Source: Anoxybacillaceae bacterium (GTDB taxonomy: Bacteria > Bacillota > Bacilli > Bacillales > Anoxybacillaceae). From it: a stretch of DNA of 64,000 nt. The notes beneath the pieces are model-generated. The model had not been told where the DNA came from, did not search any database, and saw only the letters and a list, made by a program, of their open reading frames with translations. The stretch spans positions 31,683-95,682 of the forward strand of contig JBHGYD010000006.1 of assembly GCA_041920415.1 (NCBI GenBank), in the 5' to 3' direction. How positions within the stretch are numbered: position 1 is the first letter of the stretch; each line of letters starts with the position of its first letter. This document shows, in pieces, positions 11,361-20,757 of the stretch. Made by a program: the position numbers and the translations under genes.

Positions 11361-12332
11361 ATGAAAAAAATTTTAATTATTCATACAGGCGGAACGATTT
11401 CCATGAAAAAAGACGAAAAAACAGGGGCAGTTCGACCGGATGAAAAAAATCCGCTTCATGATACGACTCCTTCGCTTACAAATCTTGGCGATATTCATGT
11501 CGAAGAGCTTTTTCATTTGCCATCACCGCATATCACACCGTTAGAAATGCTTATATTGCGAAACAAAATTGAAGAAAAAGTGACCAAAGAACAAATGGAA
11601 GGAATCGTCATTACCCATGGAACGGATACATTAGAAGAAACCGCATACTTTTTAGACTTGACCGTTCAAGCTGACGTTCCGATCGTTGTGACCGGTGCGA
11701 TGCGCTCGAGCAATGAAATTGGCGCGGACGGGCTTTATAATCTTATTTCTTCTATCAAAGTGGCCGCAAGCGATGAAGCGCGTGGGAAAGGGGTATTAGT
11801 GGTATTAAATGATGAAATTCATACTGCGAAAAATGTGACGAAAACGCATACGTCCAACATTGCAACGTTTCAAAGTCCACAATACGGACCGATCGGTATC
11901 GTCACGAAACGAGGCGTGTTTTTCCACCACGCACCAACGAAACGAACCACGTATCCGATTCAACACATTTCGAAAAACGTCATTCTGTTAAAAGCCTATG
12001 CTGGCATGGACGAAGGTATTTTCCAAGCGATTCAAACATTGCCGCTTGACGGTGTCGTCATTGAAGCATTAGGACAAGGAAACCTTCCACCAAGAGCGGC
12101 AAAAGGTGTCCGTTCCTTGCTCGAGGCCAACATTCCGGTCGTGCTTGTTTCCCGCTGCTTTAACGGCATTGTTCAAGACATATACGGCTATGAAGGCGGC
12201 GGCAAACAGCTGAAAGAAATGGGCGTCATCTTCTCGAACGGACTTAATGGGCAAAAAGCGCGCATGAAGCTACTCGTCGCCCTTGAGATCACCAACAATG
12301 CTCAAAAATTGCAAGAGATGTTTATGGAATAA
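11361..12332 (+). CDS. L-asparaginase, type I family
   Basis: Contains IIHTGGTISM (catalytic Thr) and HGTDTLEETAYFL. The ATG at 11361 is preceded by GGAGGAAAAGCA. The track start at 11319 is an upstream TTG. Confidence 0.88.
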   Translation: MKKILIIHTGGTISMKKDEKTGAVRPDEKNPLHDTTPSLTNLGDIHVEELFHLPSPHITPLEMLILRNKIEEKVTKEQMEGIVITHGTDTLEETAYFLDLTVQADVPIVVTGAMRSSNEIGADGLYNLISSIKVAASDEARGKGVLVVLNDEIHTAKNVTKTHTSNIATFQSPQYGPIGIVTKRGVFFHHAPTKRTTYPIQHISKNVILLKAYAGMDEGIFQAIQTLPLDGVVIEALGQGNLPPRAAKGVRSLLEANIPVVLVSRCFNGIVQDIYGYEGGGKQLKEMGVIFSNGLNGQKARMKLLVALEITNNAQKLQEMFME

Positions 12333-12362
12333 GAAAGGGCGTTTAGAGATTTACACAAACAT

Positions 12363-12398
12363 AAGCCGATCAATCTTGACTTATTGATCGGCTTTCTA
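12363..12398. terminator. Bidirectional terminator (asparaginase / ypdA)
   Basis: Stem aagccgatcaat/attgatcggctt. Confidence 0.7.
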
Positions 12399-12421
12399 CT
12401 TACTTTTTCACGCGCGCACGC

Positions 12422-13399
12422 CTATTGTTTTACTTTCTCGCGTTCTACAATACAAGCCGCAATTTGTTCTCCGTGAAATCGACCGTTTTCAATAAAAATT
12501 TCGTTGGCGTTATTTCCAGCAGCGATGACACCAGCGATAAAAATGCCAGGGACGTTCGTTTCCATCGTCTCAGAGTTATAGAGCGGTCGCCCTGTTTCCG
12601 GGTCAATTCCAACGCCCATTTTCTTTAAAAATTCATGATCAGGATGATACCCCGTCATTGCGAACACAAAGTCGTTTTTTATCGTTTTTACTTCTTCACC
12701 AACGGTATAAATGACGGCATCTTCGGTAATTTCTTTGACATGAGCATTAAATTCCATCCGAATAGCCCCTTGGCGCACAAGCGAGTCGAACTCCGGCAAA
12801 ATCCACGGCTTAATGCTTGATGAATATTCACTCCCCCTGTATAAAACGGTCACGCGCGCTCCCGCTTTCACAAGCTCTAACGCGGCATCAACGCTTGAAT
12901 TTTTGCCACCGATGACAACACAATCCGTGTTGTAATATGGATGCCCTTCTTTAAAATAATGCGTCACTTTCGGCAAATCTTCCCCCGGTACGTTCATATA
13001 ATTTGGGTGATCGTAATAGCCTGTGGCAATAATGACGTATTCGGCGCGATATTCGTCTTTTGTCGTTTTGATAATAAACGTTCCATCGTCCTTTTTTGTC
13101 ACTTTCTCGACTTTTTCAAACGTATTGACGCGAATTTGTTTCCGCGTGACGACTTCGCGATAGTACGCAAGCGCTTGGTTACGTTTTGGTTTGCGGTTTT
13201 CCGTAATAAACGGCACGCCGCCAATTTCTAACCGATCGCTTGAACTAAAAAAGGTTTGATGGGTTGGGTAATGATAAATCGAGTTGACAATGTTTCCTTT
13301 TTCTATTACTAACGGCCGATAGCCGACATCTTGTAAAGCAATCGCTGCCGCGAGCCCACAAGGACCTCCCCCGACAATGACGATTTTTTCGTGTTTCAT
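12422..13399 (-). CDS. ypdA: YpdA-family FAD-dependent disulfide oxidoreductase (putative bacillithiol-disulfide reductase)
   Basis: 325 aa with the dinucleotide fold VIVGGGPCGL. It is thioredoxin-reductase-like without a CxxC motif, and syntenic with B. subtilis ypdA. Confidence 0.85.
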   Translation of the reverse strand: MKHEKIVIVGGGPCGLAAAIALQDVGYRPLVIEKGNIVNSIYHYPTHQTFFSSSDRLEIGGVPFITENRKPKRNQALAYYREVVTRKQIRVNTFEKVEKVTKKDDGTFIIKTTKDEYRAEYVIIATGYYDHPNYMNVPGEDLPKVTHYFKEGHPYYNTDCVVIGGKNSSVDAALELVKAGARVTVLYRGSEYSSSIKPWILPEFDSLVRQGAIRMEFNAHVKEITEDAVIYTVGEEVKTIKNDFVFAMTGYHPDHEFLKKMGVGIDPETGRPLYNSETMETNVPGIFIAGVIAAGNNANEIFIENGRFHGEQIAACIVEREKVKQ

Positions 13400-13425
13400 T
13401 CATCATTCACTCCTTACCTGCATGC

Positions 13426-13462
13426 AAAAAATCTCCTATCATTTTATGATAGGAGATTTTTT
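13426..13462 (-). terminator. Terminator downstream of gudB
   Basis: Perfect 17-nt arms aaaaaatctcctatcat/atgataggagatttttt. Confidence 0.8.
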
Positions 13463-13488
13463 CATATCTTGCAAACATGTTCACTCAC

Positions 13489-14766
13489 TTAAATCCATCC
13501 ACGGAAACGGCATGCTTCGGCCATTTTTCTTACCCCGACCATATACGCGGCAAGCCGCATATCGACGCGGCGAGTTTGCGCCGTTTCGTATACGTTATTA
13601 AACGCTTTCACCATTACTTTTTCAAGCTTTTCTTCAACTTCTTCTTCAGACCAATAATATCCTTGGTTGTTTTGTACCCATTCAAAGTACGAAACGGTCA
13701 CGCCTCCAGCGCTTGCAAGCACATCTGGAACAATTAAAATGCCGCGCTGCGTCAAAATTTCCGTCGCTTCAAGCGTTGTCGGACCGTTTGCGGCCTCGAC
13801 GACAATGCTTGCTTTAATATTATGGGCGTTCTCTTCTGTAATTTGGTTTTCAATCGCAGCTGGAACTAAAATATCGCAATCTAGTTCAAGCAATTCTTTA
13901 TTCGTAATTGTATTTTTAAATAGCTTTGTTACAGTTCCAAAGCTATCGCGACGATCGAGTAAGTAGTCAATATCTAATCCATTAGGATCATAAAGCGCAC
14001 CGTAAGCGTCGGAAATGCCAATGACTTTCGCTCCAGCATCATGCATAAATTTTGCTAAAAAGCTTCCTGCATTCCCGAATCCTTGAACGACAACGCGCGC
14101 TCCTTTCAAATCAATGCCGCGTTTTTTCGCCGCTTCACGAATGCAAATGGTAACCCCTTTTGCCGTTGCTGTTTCACGACCGTGTGAACCACCCAACACA
14201 AGCGGTTTTCCTGTAATAAACCCAGGTGAGTTAAACTCGTCAATGCGGCTATATTCATCCATCATCCATGCCATAATTTGCGAGTTCGTAAACACGTCCG
14301 GAGCAGGAATATCCTTTGTCGGACCCACGATTTGGCTAATCGCACGAACATAACCACGGCTTAACCGTTCTAGCTCGCGGAACGACATATTACGCGGATC
14401 GCAAACAATTCCACCTTTACCCCCGCCGTATGGCAAATCAACAATACCGCATTTTAAACTCATCCAAATGGACAACGCTTTCACTTCGCGTTCTGTTACA
14501 TCCGGATGGAAACGAATGCCCCCTTTTGTTGGTCCAACCGCATCGTTATGTTGGGCACGGTAGCCGGTAAAAATTTTGACAGTACCGTCATCCATGCGCA
14601 CAGGAATTTTCACTGTTAGCATGCGAATCGGCTCTTTTAATAACTCGTATACCTCTTCTGGATATCCGAGTTTTTCCAACGCTCTATGTATGACGATTTG
14701 CGTCGCTTTTAAAACATCATGCTTTTCTTCGTGTTTTTCCTCGTTGGTATGCTTGTCGGCTACCAT
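13489..14766 (-). CDS. gudB: NAD-specific glutamate dehydrogenase
   Basis: Carries the Glu/Leu/Phe/Val dehydrogenase signature (PTKGGIRFHP, LPYGGGKGG) and the Rossmann motif QGFGNAG. The ATG at 14766 is preceded by GGGAGG. It occupies the position of B. subtilis gudB (ypcA). Confidence 0.92.
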   Translation of the reverse strand: MVADKHTNEEKHEEKHDVLKATQIVIHRALEKLGYPEEVYELLKEPIRMLTVKIPVRMDDGTVKIFTGYRAQHNDAVGPTKGGIRFHPDVTEREVKALSIWMSLKCGIVDLPYGGGKGGIVCDPRNMSFRELERLSRGYVRAISQIVGPTKDIPAPDVFTNSQIMAWMMDEYSRIDEFNSPGFITGKPLVLGGSHGRETATAKGVTICIREAAKKRGIDLKGARVVVQGFGNAGSFLAKFMHDAGAKVIGISDAYGALYDPNGLDIDYLLDRRDSFGTVTKLFKNTITNKELLELDCDILVPAAIENQITEENAHNIKASIVVEAANGPTTLEATEILTQRGILIVPDVLASAGGVTVSYFEWVQNNQGYYWSEEEVEEKLEKVMVKAFNNVYETAQTRRVDMRLAAYMVGVRKMAEACRFRGWI

Positions 14767-14993
14767 ACGTAAACCTCCCATGTAAATCACTTTATATGAT
14801 ATTGTCCACCTTTCATGTCATAGTATACACCTTCCGTTCCTTTATGCAAAGAAAAAAAATGATATTTTTTTATTCTATTTTATTTTTTTGTAATCGTTTA
14901 CATCCTTTTTATATCAACTAATGCCCTTTTCCATCTGACCTCTCTTTTGCTATTCGTTGTTGCATAATGTTTTGTAGAAAAATAAAAACAAAA

Positions 14994-15021
14994 GGTCAGA
15001 CCCGCATACAGGGGTCTGACC
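14994..15021 (-). terminator. Terminator downstream of mecB
   Basis: Stem ggtcagaccc/gggtctgacc, followed by a U-run on the minus strand. Confidence 0.75.
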
Positions 15022-15030
15022 AAAGACGTC

Positions 15031-15621
15031 TTAATGAGCAGGAAAGTAACGAACAAGTTGTTCAATGGCGCGATTGTCCATTAATTTTTTTCCATATTCT
15101 TCAACACGGTGAATCGTGATTGTCGACGGACTACCGAATTCCGCCAATATCGCAATAAAATCATCGGTGTCAATCGGCGGTTCCTCTGCTACATGCAAAT
15201 AAAAGCGGTTATGATACGAATACAACGTGCCATCTAAACAACCGATGGCATAAAGACGATGAGCTAGCTGAATCACATCCTCAAATGTTCGAAATTCGTA
15301 AAATATATCTTCACTCTCATCGAGCGTTACTTGCATCTCGATATAATCGTCCGCGAATTCTTCCTCTACATCATGATCTTGGCCCTCACTCGTTACGATC
15401 ACAACCATTCCCTGTGCCGGTAAAGAGTATACTTCAACCGCAATGGACCCATTTACTTCAAAACCGAGTTCTTCACTTGCTTCCTCAATCATGTCGCGAA
15501 ACAATTGATGAACTTTAAACGTATCTTTCCACAAATCATCTTTCGTTAAGCCTCGATCCATTAAATCGTCAAACGTGAGGAAAATTTTTATTTTATTGTG
15601 GGTTAAGCGTTCAAGGCGCAT
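15031..15621 (-). CDS. mecB: Adaptor protein MecB (MecA paralogue, YpbH)
   Basis: MRLERLTHNKIKIFLTFDDLMDRG... is a MecA-family N-terminus. The ATG at 15621 lies 7 nt after GGAGG. Confidence 0.88.
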   Translation of the reverse strand: MRLERLTHNKIKIFLTFDDLMDRGLTKDDLWKDTFKVHQLFRDMIEEASEELGFEVNGSIAVEVYSLPAQGMVVIVTSEGQDHDVEEEFADDYIEMQVTLDESEDIFYEFRTFEDVIQLAHRLYAIGCLDGTLYSYHNRFYLHVAEEPPIDTDDFIAILAEFGSPSTITIHRVEEYGKKLMDNRAIEQLVRYFPAH

Positions 15622-15762
15622 CAACACCCCTCCTTACCTACACAGCCATCTTCTTATATTTATTGTATGAAAGAAATTGTAAATGGTTCTATTGTTATTA
15701 TTAATGAGTTTACATCGTTTTTTGTCATTTAGACAAGCATTATGTGCTTAAATATGTAGTTT

Positions 15763-16632
15763 TTATTCAACAACATGTTGTTCGAACCATTTTTCCCATT
15801 CCACTTTCGTTTTTCCCATATAAAGCGGATGTGTCGCGGCTGCTTCACCAATAAGGCCGACTGTTACATAAGGAGCGTGTTCATTAACTTGACGGACGAA
15901 CTCATTCATTTTTTCAATATGCTTAAAATCAGAACATGAGGAAAAAAGAAACGCCGGCTTCACGTCATCCAGCATTGCCAAAAAATCACATATAGAAACG
16001 GTTTCGCCTACATAAACGACATGAAACCCTTTCAAACGAAGATAGACTGAAAAAATGAGCAGTGTCAGTTCATCCATTTCGTTTGGACCAAGTATGGAAA
16101 TGGCTTTCGGAAATGGTGAGGCAACCGGAATGTTCGAAAAAATGATTCCGATTTTGGAACGCAAAATCGAGCGAACAAAACTTTCGTGAGCACTTGTCAT
16201 TTTTTTCGCGTTTCGCCAGTTACGAATGTGTAATATTAAAGATGTGAAAATATCGACCACTACTTTTTCAACGGTGTAAATGCTAAATAAATAATTCAGT
16301 AACGCATGAACGCGCTGTTCATCAAACGCAACAAACGATTGAAAAAGCTCGTCCACTACATCGACCGACAAACCGCAAGAAAGAGATTTCGACTTTGGTT
16401 CATTATTTTCTAAAAGCGCAACGGCTTGTCGAATCGTCACCCCTTCGTTGACTTTCGCAACAAGCTGTCTTAAGATTTCCACTTGCTCGTCTGTATAGAG
16501 GCGATGACCGGATTCGCTGCGTGTTGGGGCAATCACTTGATAACGCCGTTCCCATGCTCGCAACGTTCCAGGGGAAATACCGAGCATATTCGATACCGCT
16601 TTAATATTATATTTGCCTTTATTGGTCATCAT
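15763..16632 (-). CDS. MerR-family transcriptional regulator with a CarH/LitR-like C-terminal cobalamin-binding-type domain (degenerate motif)
   Basis: It has an N-terminal MerR HTH (YNIKAVSNMLGISPGTLRAWERRY). A helical-bundle segment reads W-x9-HE. A Rossmann-like B12-binding-type domain reads NEMDELT where the family normally has E-x-H-x-x-G. It overlaps the upstream gene by 14 nt. Confidence 0.7.
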   Translation of the reverse strand: MMTNKGKYNIKAVSNMLGISPGTLRAWERRYQVIAPTRSESGHRLYTDEQVEILRQLVAKVNEGVTIRQAVALLENNEPKSKSLSCGLSVDVVDELFQSFVAFDEQRVHALLNYLFSIYTVEKVVVDIFTSLILHIRNWRNAKKMTSAHESFVRSILRSKIGIIFSNIPVASPFPKAISILGPNEMDELTLLIFSVYLRLKGFHVVYVGETVSICDFLAMLDDVKPAFLFSSCSDFKHIEKMNEFVRQVNEHAPYVTVGLIGEAAATHPLYMGKTKVEWEKWFEQHVVE

Positions 16633-17398
16633 TATTTTCCTCCCTTCGACGAATCGTAATCAAATTCGTTTCCGCAGGTACGCCAAGGCGAAGAGGGATA
16701 TTCGTTGTTCCATATCCGTTACTTACATAAACGGTCGTCCCGTTCCTTTGTTTGATACCGCCTTTTTCATACAGCCCAAACGAGAAAACACGAATTTGAC
16801 CACCGTGCGTATGTCCACTTAAAACGAGCGAAATATGGTGCTCTGGGCGGATTTTATTGATGATTGCAGGATTATGGGAGGCAAGAATTCGAAACGCTTC
16901 CTCATCAACATCAAGAAGGGCGAAATCAAGTCGGGCGCGCCGCTTACTTATGTCGTCCACTCCAAGAAGGGCGATTTTCTCTCCTTCTTCCGACTCGAAC
17001 ATCACCGCACGATTATCTAAAATTCGAACACCTTCTTGTAATAAAAGTGCGTCTAACTCATGATAATCGACTTCGTAATCATTATTCCCCCATACAAAAT
17101 AAACAGGACCAATCATCTTTAAACGTTGAATGTTTTCCTTCACGCGAGCAAATGGAACGCCTTTTTCTGTCAAATCCCCACCAATCAACACAATATCGGC
17201 TTTTCCTTTCACTTGCTCGATGATTTTATTCGATACTTTCCGGCGATGAAGATCGGAAATAAAAAAAATGGTAAACGCTCGAAAACTTTTCGGAAAATCC
17301 GCAAATCGTAATTCAACATACACGACGCGGTTTCGATGCGCTTCCCACCACATATAAACAAGCAAACATAAAAAAAGAAACGAAAAAACAATAAGCAT
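16619..17398 (-). CDS. ypbG: Membrane-anchored metallophosphoesterase (YpbG-like)
   Basis: Carries calcineurin-like motifs (ISDLH, GGDL, GNNDYE, SGHTHGGQ). The ATG at 17398 is preceded by GGAGG. The track's longer ORF to 17656 overlaps the upstream gene and is rejected. Confidence 0.85.
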   Translation of the reverse strand: MLIVFSFLFLCLLVYMWWEAHRNRVVYVELRFADFPKSFRAFTIFFISDLHRRKVSNKIIEQVKGKADIVLIGGDLTEKGVPFARVKENIQRLKMIGPVYFVWGNNDYEVDYHELDALLLQEGVRILDNRAVMFESEEGEKIALLGVDDISKRRARLDFALLDVDEEAFRILASHNPAIINKIRPEHHISLVLSGHTHGGQIRVFSFGLYEKGGIKQRNGTTVYVSNGYGTTNIPLRLGVPAETNLITIRRREENNDDQ

Positions 17399-17406
17399 AA
17401 CGCCTC

Positions 17407-17805
17407 CTACGAATTGTTTTTGTAACGACGATCTCGCTTTAAATCTATCGATATCATACCATAAACAACCGAGAAAATAAAAAACAAGATCGTTAACCGC
17501 TCGTTTAGTTGAAACAACCAGTAAAAGCTTCCAATGATCCCATAGCTTGCGATCCATTCTCTCCACTTGATTGGTTTTTGTAATAAAAAAAGAAGCGCGC
17601 CTTCGAGCAGCGAACGAATCACCATCGCATTTGCTAAAAAACCAATGAAAAAACAAACCATCGCTAAAAATGACTTGAGAGGATGAAACGTAAAATCTGT
17701 AATAAAATTCGTCAAAATGAACGGAGTGACCTTAGGCATCCATGCCATCATTAAATACCCACACAAACAACCGACCGCTAAATAGAATAGTTGAAATCGC
17801 ATCAA
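17407..17805 (-). CDS. Small polytopic membrane protein of unknown function
   Basis: 132 aa with about 4 hydrophobic helices. It is the first gene of an apparent three-gene operon with ypbG and the MerR-like gene. Confidence 0.6.
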   Translation of the reverse strand: MMRFQLFYLAVGCLCGYLMMAWMPKVTPFILTNFITDFTFHPLKSFLAMVCFFIGFLANAMVIRSLLEGALLFLLQKPIKWREWIASYGIIGSFYWLFQLNERLTILFFIFSVVYGMISIDLKRDRRYKNNS

Positions 17806-17844
17806 ACTCCCCCTTCCTTACATGTATTCACGCAAAAAGAAAGG

Positions 17845-17877
17845 CATGAATAAAAAAAATAGTCATAAACATAGACT
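17845..17877 (+). promoter_or_regulatory. Possible sigma-E-type promoter for cotJABC
   Basis: CATAGACT (17870-17877) resembles the sigma-E -10 consensus CATACAHT. An AT-rich ATGAAT/ATAAA -35 candidate lies upstream. The match is weak. Confidence 0.3.
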
Positions 17878-17905
17878 GAAGCTTTGTTAAAAAGGAGGTT
17901 TGTTC

Positions 17906-18136
17906 ATGTTTACGACGCGAAAACAATATGAGCCGTATGTTAGCCCGTTTGACCCGTGCATGCCCATTCGTGTAAAAACATACGTCACCCCACCCAATTT
18001 ATACATTCGTTTTCAACCGCCAAATTTGCCACAATTCCCACTGCATGAAGCATTTAAAAAAGGAACACTTTGGAAAATTTTTTACGACCCTTATTACAGC
18101 CCATATGAAATGAGCAACAAAGGTGATGGCCAATGA
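17906..18136 (+). CDS. cotJA: Spore coat-associated protein CotJA
   Basis: A small protein (PCMPIRVKTYVTPPNLYIRFQPPNL...). GGAGG lies 7 nt upstream. It is followed by cotJB and cotJC. Confidence 0.85.
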   Translation: MFTTRKQYEPYVSPFDPCMPIRVKTYVTPPNLYIRFQPPNLPQFPLHEAFKKGTLWKIFYDPYYSPYEMSNKGDGQ

Positions 18137-18393
18137 AACAAATGCCAAAAGAATATTATGAACTTCTTGAACAACTACAGACGGTTGACTTTGCCCTTAT
18201 TGACTTGACGCTTTACCTCGACACCCACCCTCATGACTACCAAGCGATTCAACAATTTAACCAGCTTTCTCAAAAACGAAAACAAATAAAAAAACAATAT
18301 GAAGCAACTTATGGACCTCTTCAGCAATATGGAAATAGCTACTCGAACTATCCTTGGAATTGGAATGACACTCCGTGGCCGTGGCAAGTATAA
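18133..18393 (+). CDS. cotJB: Spore coat protein CotJB
   Basis: 86 aa with the typical CotJB sequence (YYELLEQLQTVDFALIDLTLYLDTHP). It has an ATGA overlap with cotJA. Confidence 0.9.
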   Translation: MKQMPKEYYELLEQLQTVDFALIDLTLYLDTHPHDYQAIQQFNQLSQKRKQIKKQYEATYGPLQQYGNSYSNYPWNWNDTPWPWQV

Positions 18394-18425
18394 ACGGGCA
18401 ATAAGGCAACAGAGGAGGGATAGAG

Positions 18426-18995
18426 ATGTGGATTTACGAAAAAAAGCTGCAGTACCCTGTGCGTGTCAGCACATGCAATCCAAAACTAGCGAAATATTTA
18501 ATCGAACAATACGGTGGCGCAGACGGAGAGCTGGCGGCAGCGCTCCGCTATTTAAACCAACGTTATTCGATTCCCGATAAAGTCATTGGGCTATTAACCG
18601 ATATCGGCACAGAAGAGTTTGCTCATTTAGAAATGATTGCGACGATGGTATACAAATTAACAAAAGACGCCACCCTCGAACAGCTCAAAGAAGCGGGATT
18701 AGATACGCACTATGTCACCCATGAACGCGCGCTCTTTTATCATAATGCCGCAGGTGCACCGTGGACCGCTACTTATATTCAAGCGAAAGGCGACCCAATT
18801 GCTGACTTATATGAAGATATCGCCGCGGAAGAAAAGGCAAGGGCGACCTATCAATGGATTATTAACATGAGCGATGACCCTGATTTAAACGACGGTCTTC
18901 GTTTCTTGCGCGAGCGCGAAATTATCCACGCGCAACGGTTCCATGAAGCGGTCGAAATTTTAAAAGAAGAGCGCGATCGGAAAAAGTTTTTCTAA
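18426..18995 (+). CDS. cotJC: Spore coat protein CotJC (manganese-catalase-like ferritin fold)
   Basis: 189 aa (MWIYEKKLQYPV..., EEFAHLEMI, EEKARATY). Confidence 0.92.
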   Translation: MWIYEKKLQYPVRVSTCNPKLAKYLIEQYGGADGELAAALRYLNQRYSIPDKVIGLLTDIGTEEFAHLEMIATMVYKLTKDATLEQLKEAGLDTHYVTHERALFYHNAAGAPWTATYIQAKGDPIADLYEDIAAEEKARATYQWIINMSDDPDLNDGLRFLREREIIHAQRFHEAVEILKEERDRKKFF

Positions 18996-19027
18996 CGGTG
19001 ACGAAATAGCTGAATGACCGTGCTCAT

Positions 19028-19474
19028 TCAGCTATTTTCATAGTATAAATTAATATCGTATTTTGCTTTCATCATCTCAAACAATTGATATCGCTCTTTC
19101 CATGCATGTTCATCTTTCCATAAATCCGCGCTTTTTTGAATAATTTCACATCGCAACGCATGAAACTCCTGTTCCGCTTTATCGCATTTTTTTTTATAAA
19201 ACAAAATTCCCCAATATGACGTAAACAACAACAGCAATATATACAAATGTTCCACTTTTCTCAAAAATGCTGTAATGACGGAAGCGATCGTTTCACTTGG
19301 AAAAACAATATAAAAAACAGCATAAGCGAAAAACGCAGCAAATCCAAAAAATGTGATGATTTGTAACGCTCTCACTCTTGTTTTCAATCGTTCCCATTTT
19401 TCCTTTTTCTCAACGACTCCACGCAACATTTGTTTTGTGACTTCATCAATATTTCCTGAAAGCCAATCGTTCAC
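19028..19474 (-). CDS. Membrane protein, YpbF-like (DUF2663-type architecture)
   Basis: 148 aa with a soluble N-terminus, two TM helices and a charged C-terminus. It sits in the ypb block. The assignment rests on position and architecture only. Confidence 0.55.
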   Translation of the reverse strand: MNDWLSGNIDEVTKQMLRGVVEKKEKWERLKTRVRALQIITFFGFAAFFAYAVFYIVFPSETIASVITAFLRKVEHLYILLLLFTSYWGILFYKKKCDKAEQEFHALRCEIIQKSADLWKDEHAWKERYQLFEMMKAKYDINLYYENS

Positions 19475-19576
19475 GGTGATCCGTTCTCCTTTTCTTTACG
19501 GTCTTCCCTCACTACTGTAACATATGTACGAGCCTTACCAATTAGAACAAAAAAAGAGACGATCTACACCGTCCCT

Positions 19577-20161
19577 TTATTTCGATAAATCAACAACAGG
19601 AATTTGCAACACCTGTCCTTTATGAAGTTGTGAGTTTTTTAAGTGGTTCCATTTTTTAATAATATCCATTCCTTCAGCCGTGTCATAATATTGCATCGCG
19701 ATGCTAAATAACGTTTCATTTTCTTTGACAATATGCGTAACCACTTTTGTTTTTTGTTTTTCCTCCGCTTCGTCGTTAGAAGGGGGATGTTGCACATTTG
19801 TTTTCACTTTTACAGGCGGCGTTTCTTCCTCTTCTTGATTTGCGATATCAATCGGTTCATAGCTATCGCTTGGCTGTGGCTGTAATGTGACAACATGGAG
19901 CGACTGTTTATCATTTAAATAATAAATACTTAAAATCGACACCGGTAGAAGAATAAAAGATAACGCTAATAACCGGATCACCGGATATTTTATTTTCCAC
20001 TTTGTCTTCTTTTTCTTCTGTTTTTGCTTATGTACTTCGCTGCGCGGTGGGAGCGATAATACATCTTGTTTGTCTTTTTGTTGATTCCAATCTTCCGCTT
20101 GTTTTCGCAGCTGCTCTGCTTGATCGTGAGCGTTTTGTTGTTCCAATGTGATCCACCTCAA
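19577..20161 (-). CDS. ypbE: LysM-domain protein (YpbE-like)
   Basis: It has a charged N-terminus, one TM helix and a C-terminal LysM domain (ETLFSIAMQYY...GQVLQIPV). Confidence 0.8.
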   Translation of the reverse strand: MRWITLEQQNAHDQAEQLRKQAEDWNQQKDKQDVLSLPPRSEVHKQKQKKKKTKWKIKYPVIRLLALSFILLPVSILSIYYLNDKQSLHVVTLQPQPSDSYEPIDIANQEEEETPPVKVKTNVQHPPSNDEAEEKQKTKVVTHIVKENETLFSIAMQYYDTAEGMDIIKKWNHLKNSQLHKGQVLQIPVVDLSK

Positions 20162-20748
20162 TCTTCCTGACGCTTCGCTTGAAGATAATCTAGGCGAATG
20201 TTGACGGCTAACACAAAATCAATAAGAAAATGAGCAAAAATCGTGACCCAAAGGCTACCGGTTATGTCATATATATAGCCGAGAAAAAAACTCAATAGCA
20301 CAACCATCATCAATAAAAACCATTTCGTTAAATAACGAACGTGTAAAATCGCAAAAATGACGCTAGCGGCGATAAGACCAACATGTGTTTGAATTACGCC
20401 GCGAAATAATAATTCTTCACTGAACGCAATCAACACACATAAGAAAAAAATGTGCGGGATGGAACGAGTTTGAAAAATTTTTTCGTTAATTCCTCCATCG
20501 TCATACCAATCCTCTGGCAAATAGCGCATTAACAGAAAATCAACAACTAAGACGAACAGCGCGCTACCACCCCCGTATCCGACGATCATCGGTATGTCAA
20601 CGTGCCAAAGACGTTGAAACGAAGACCAATCAAAAAGAAAAAAGCCAATGATGAACGATACACCGATTAATAACAGTTGCGTGATATATAAATGAATGAG
20701 TATTTCTCGATCGCTCATGGAACGAATTTGCTCGCTTTGCCGCTTCAT
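20158..20748 (-). CDS. ypbD: CPBP-family intramembrane glutamic protease (YpbD-like)
   Basis: Polytopic, with the motifs SEELLFRG and HFLIDF. It overlaps ypbE by 4 nt. Confidence 0.85.
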   Translation of the reverse strand: MKRQSEQIRSMSDREILIHLYITQLLLIGVSFIIGFFLFDWSSFQRLWHVDIPMIVGYGGGSALFVLVVDFLLMRYLPEDWYDDGGINEKIFQTRSIPHIFFLCVLIAFSEELLFRGVIQTHVGLIAASVIFAILHVRYLTKWFLLMMVVLLSFFLGYIYDITGSLWVTIFAHFLIDFVLAVNIRLDYLQAKRQED

Positions 20749-20757
20749 GAAAACGCC

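Noticed and set aside
16619-17656. A 345-aa version of the metallophosphoesterase
   Set aside because: The extension overlaps the upstream membrane-protein gene. The ATG at 17398 has a GGAGG RBS and begins with the expected TM anchor.
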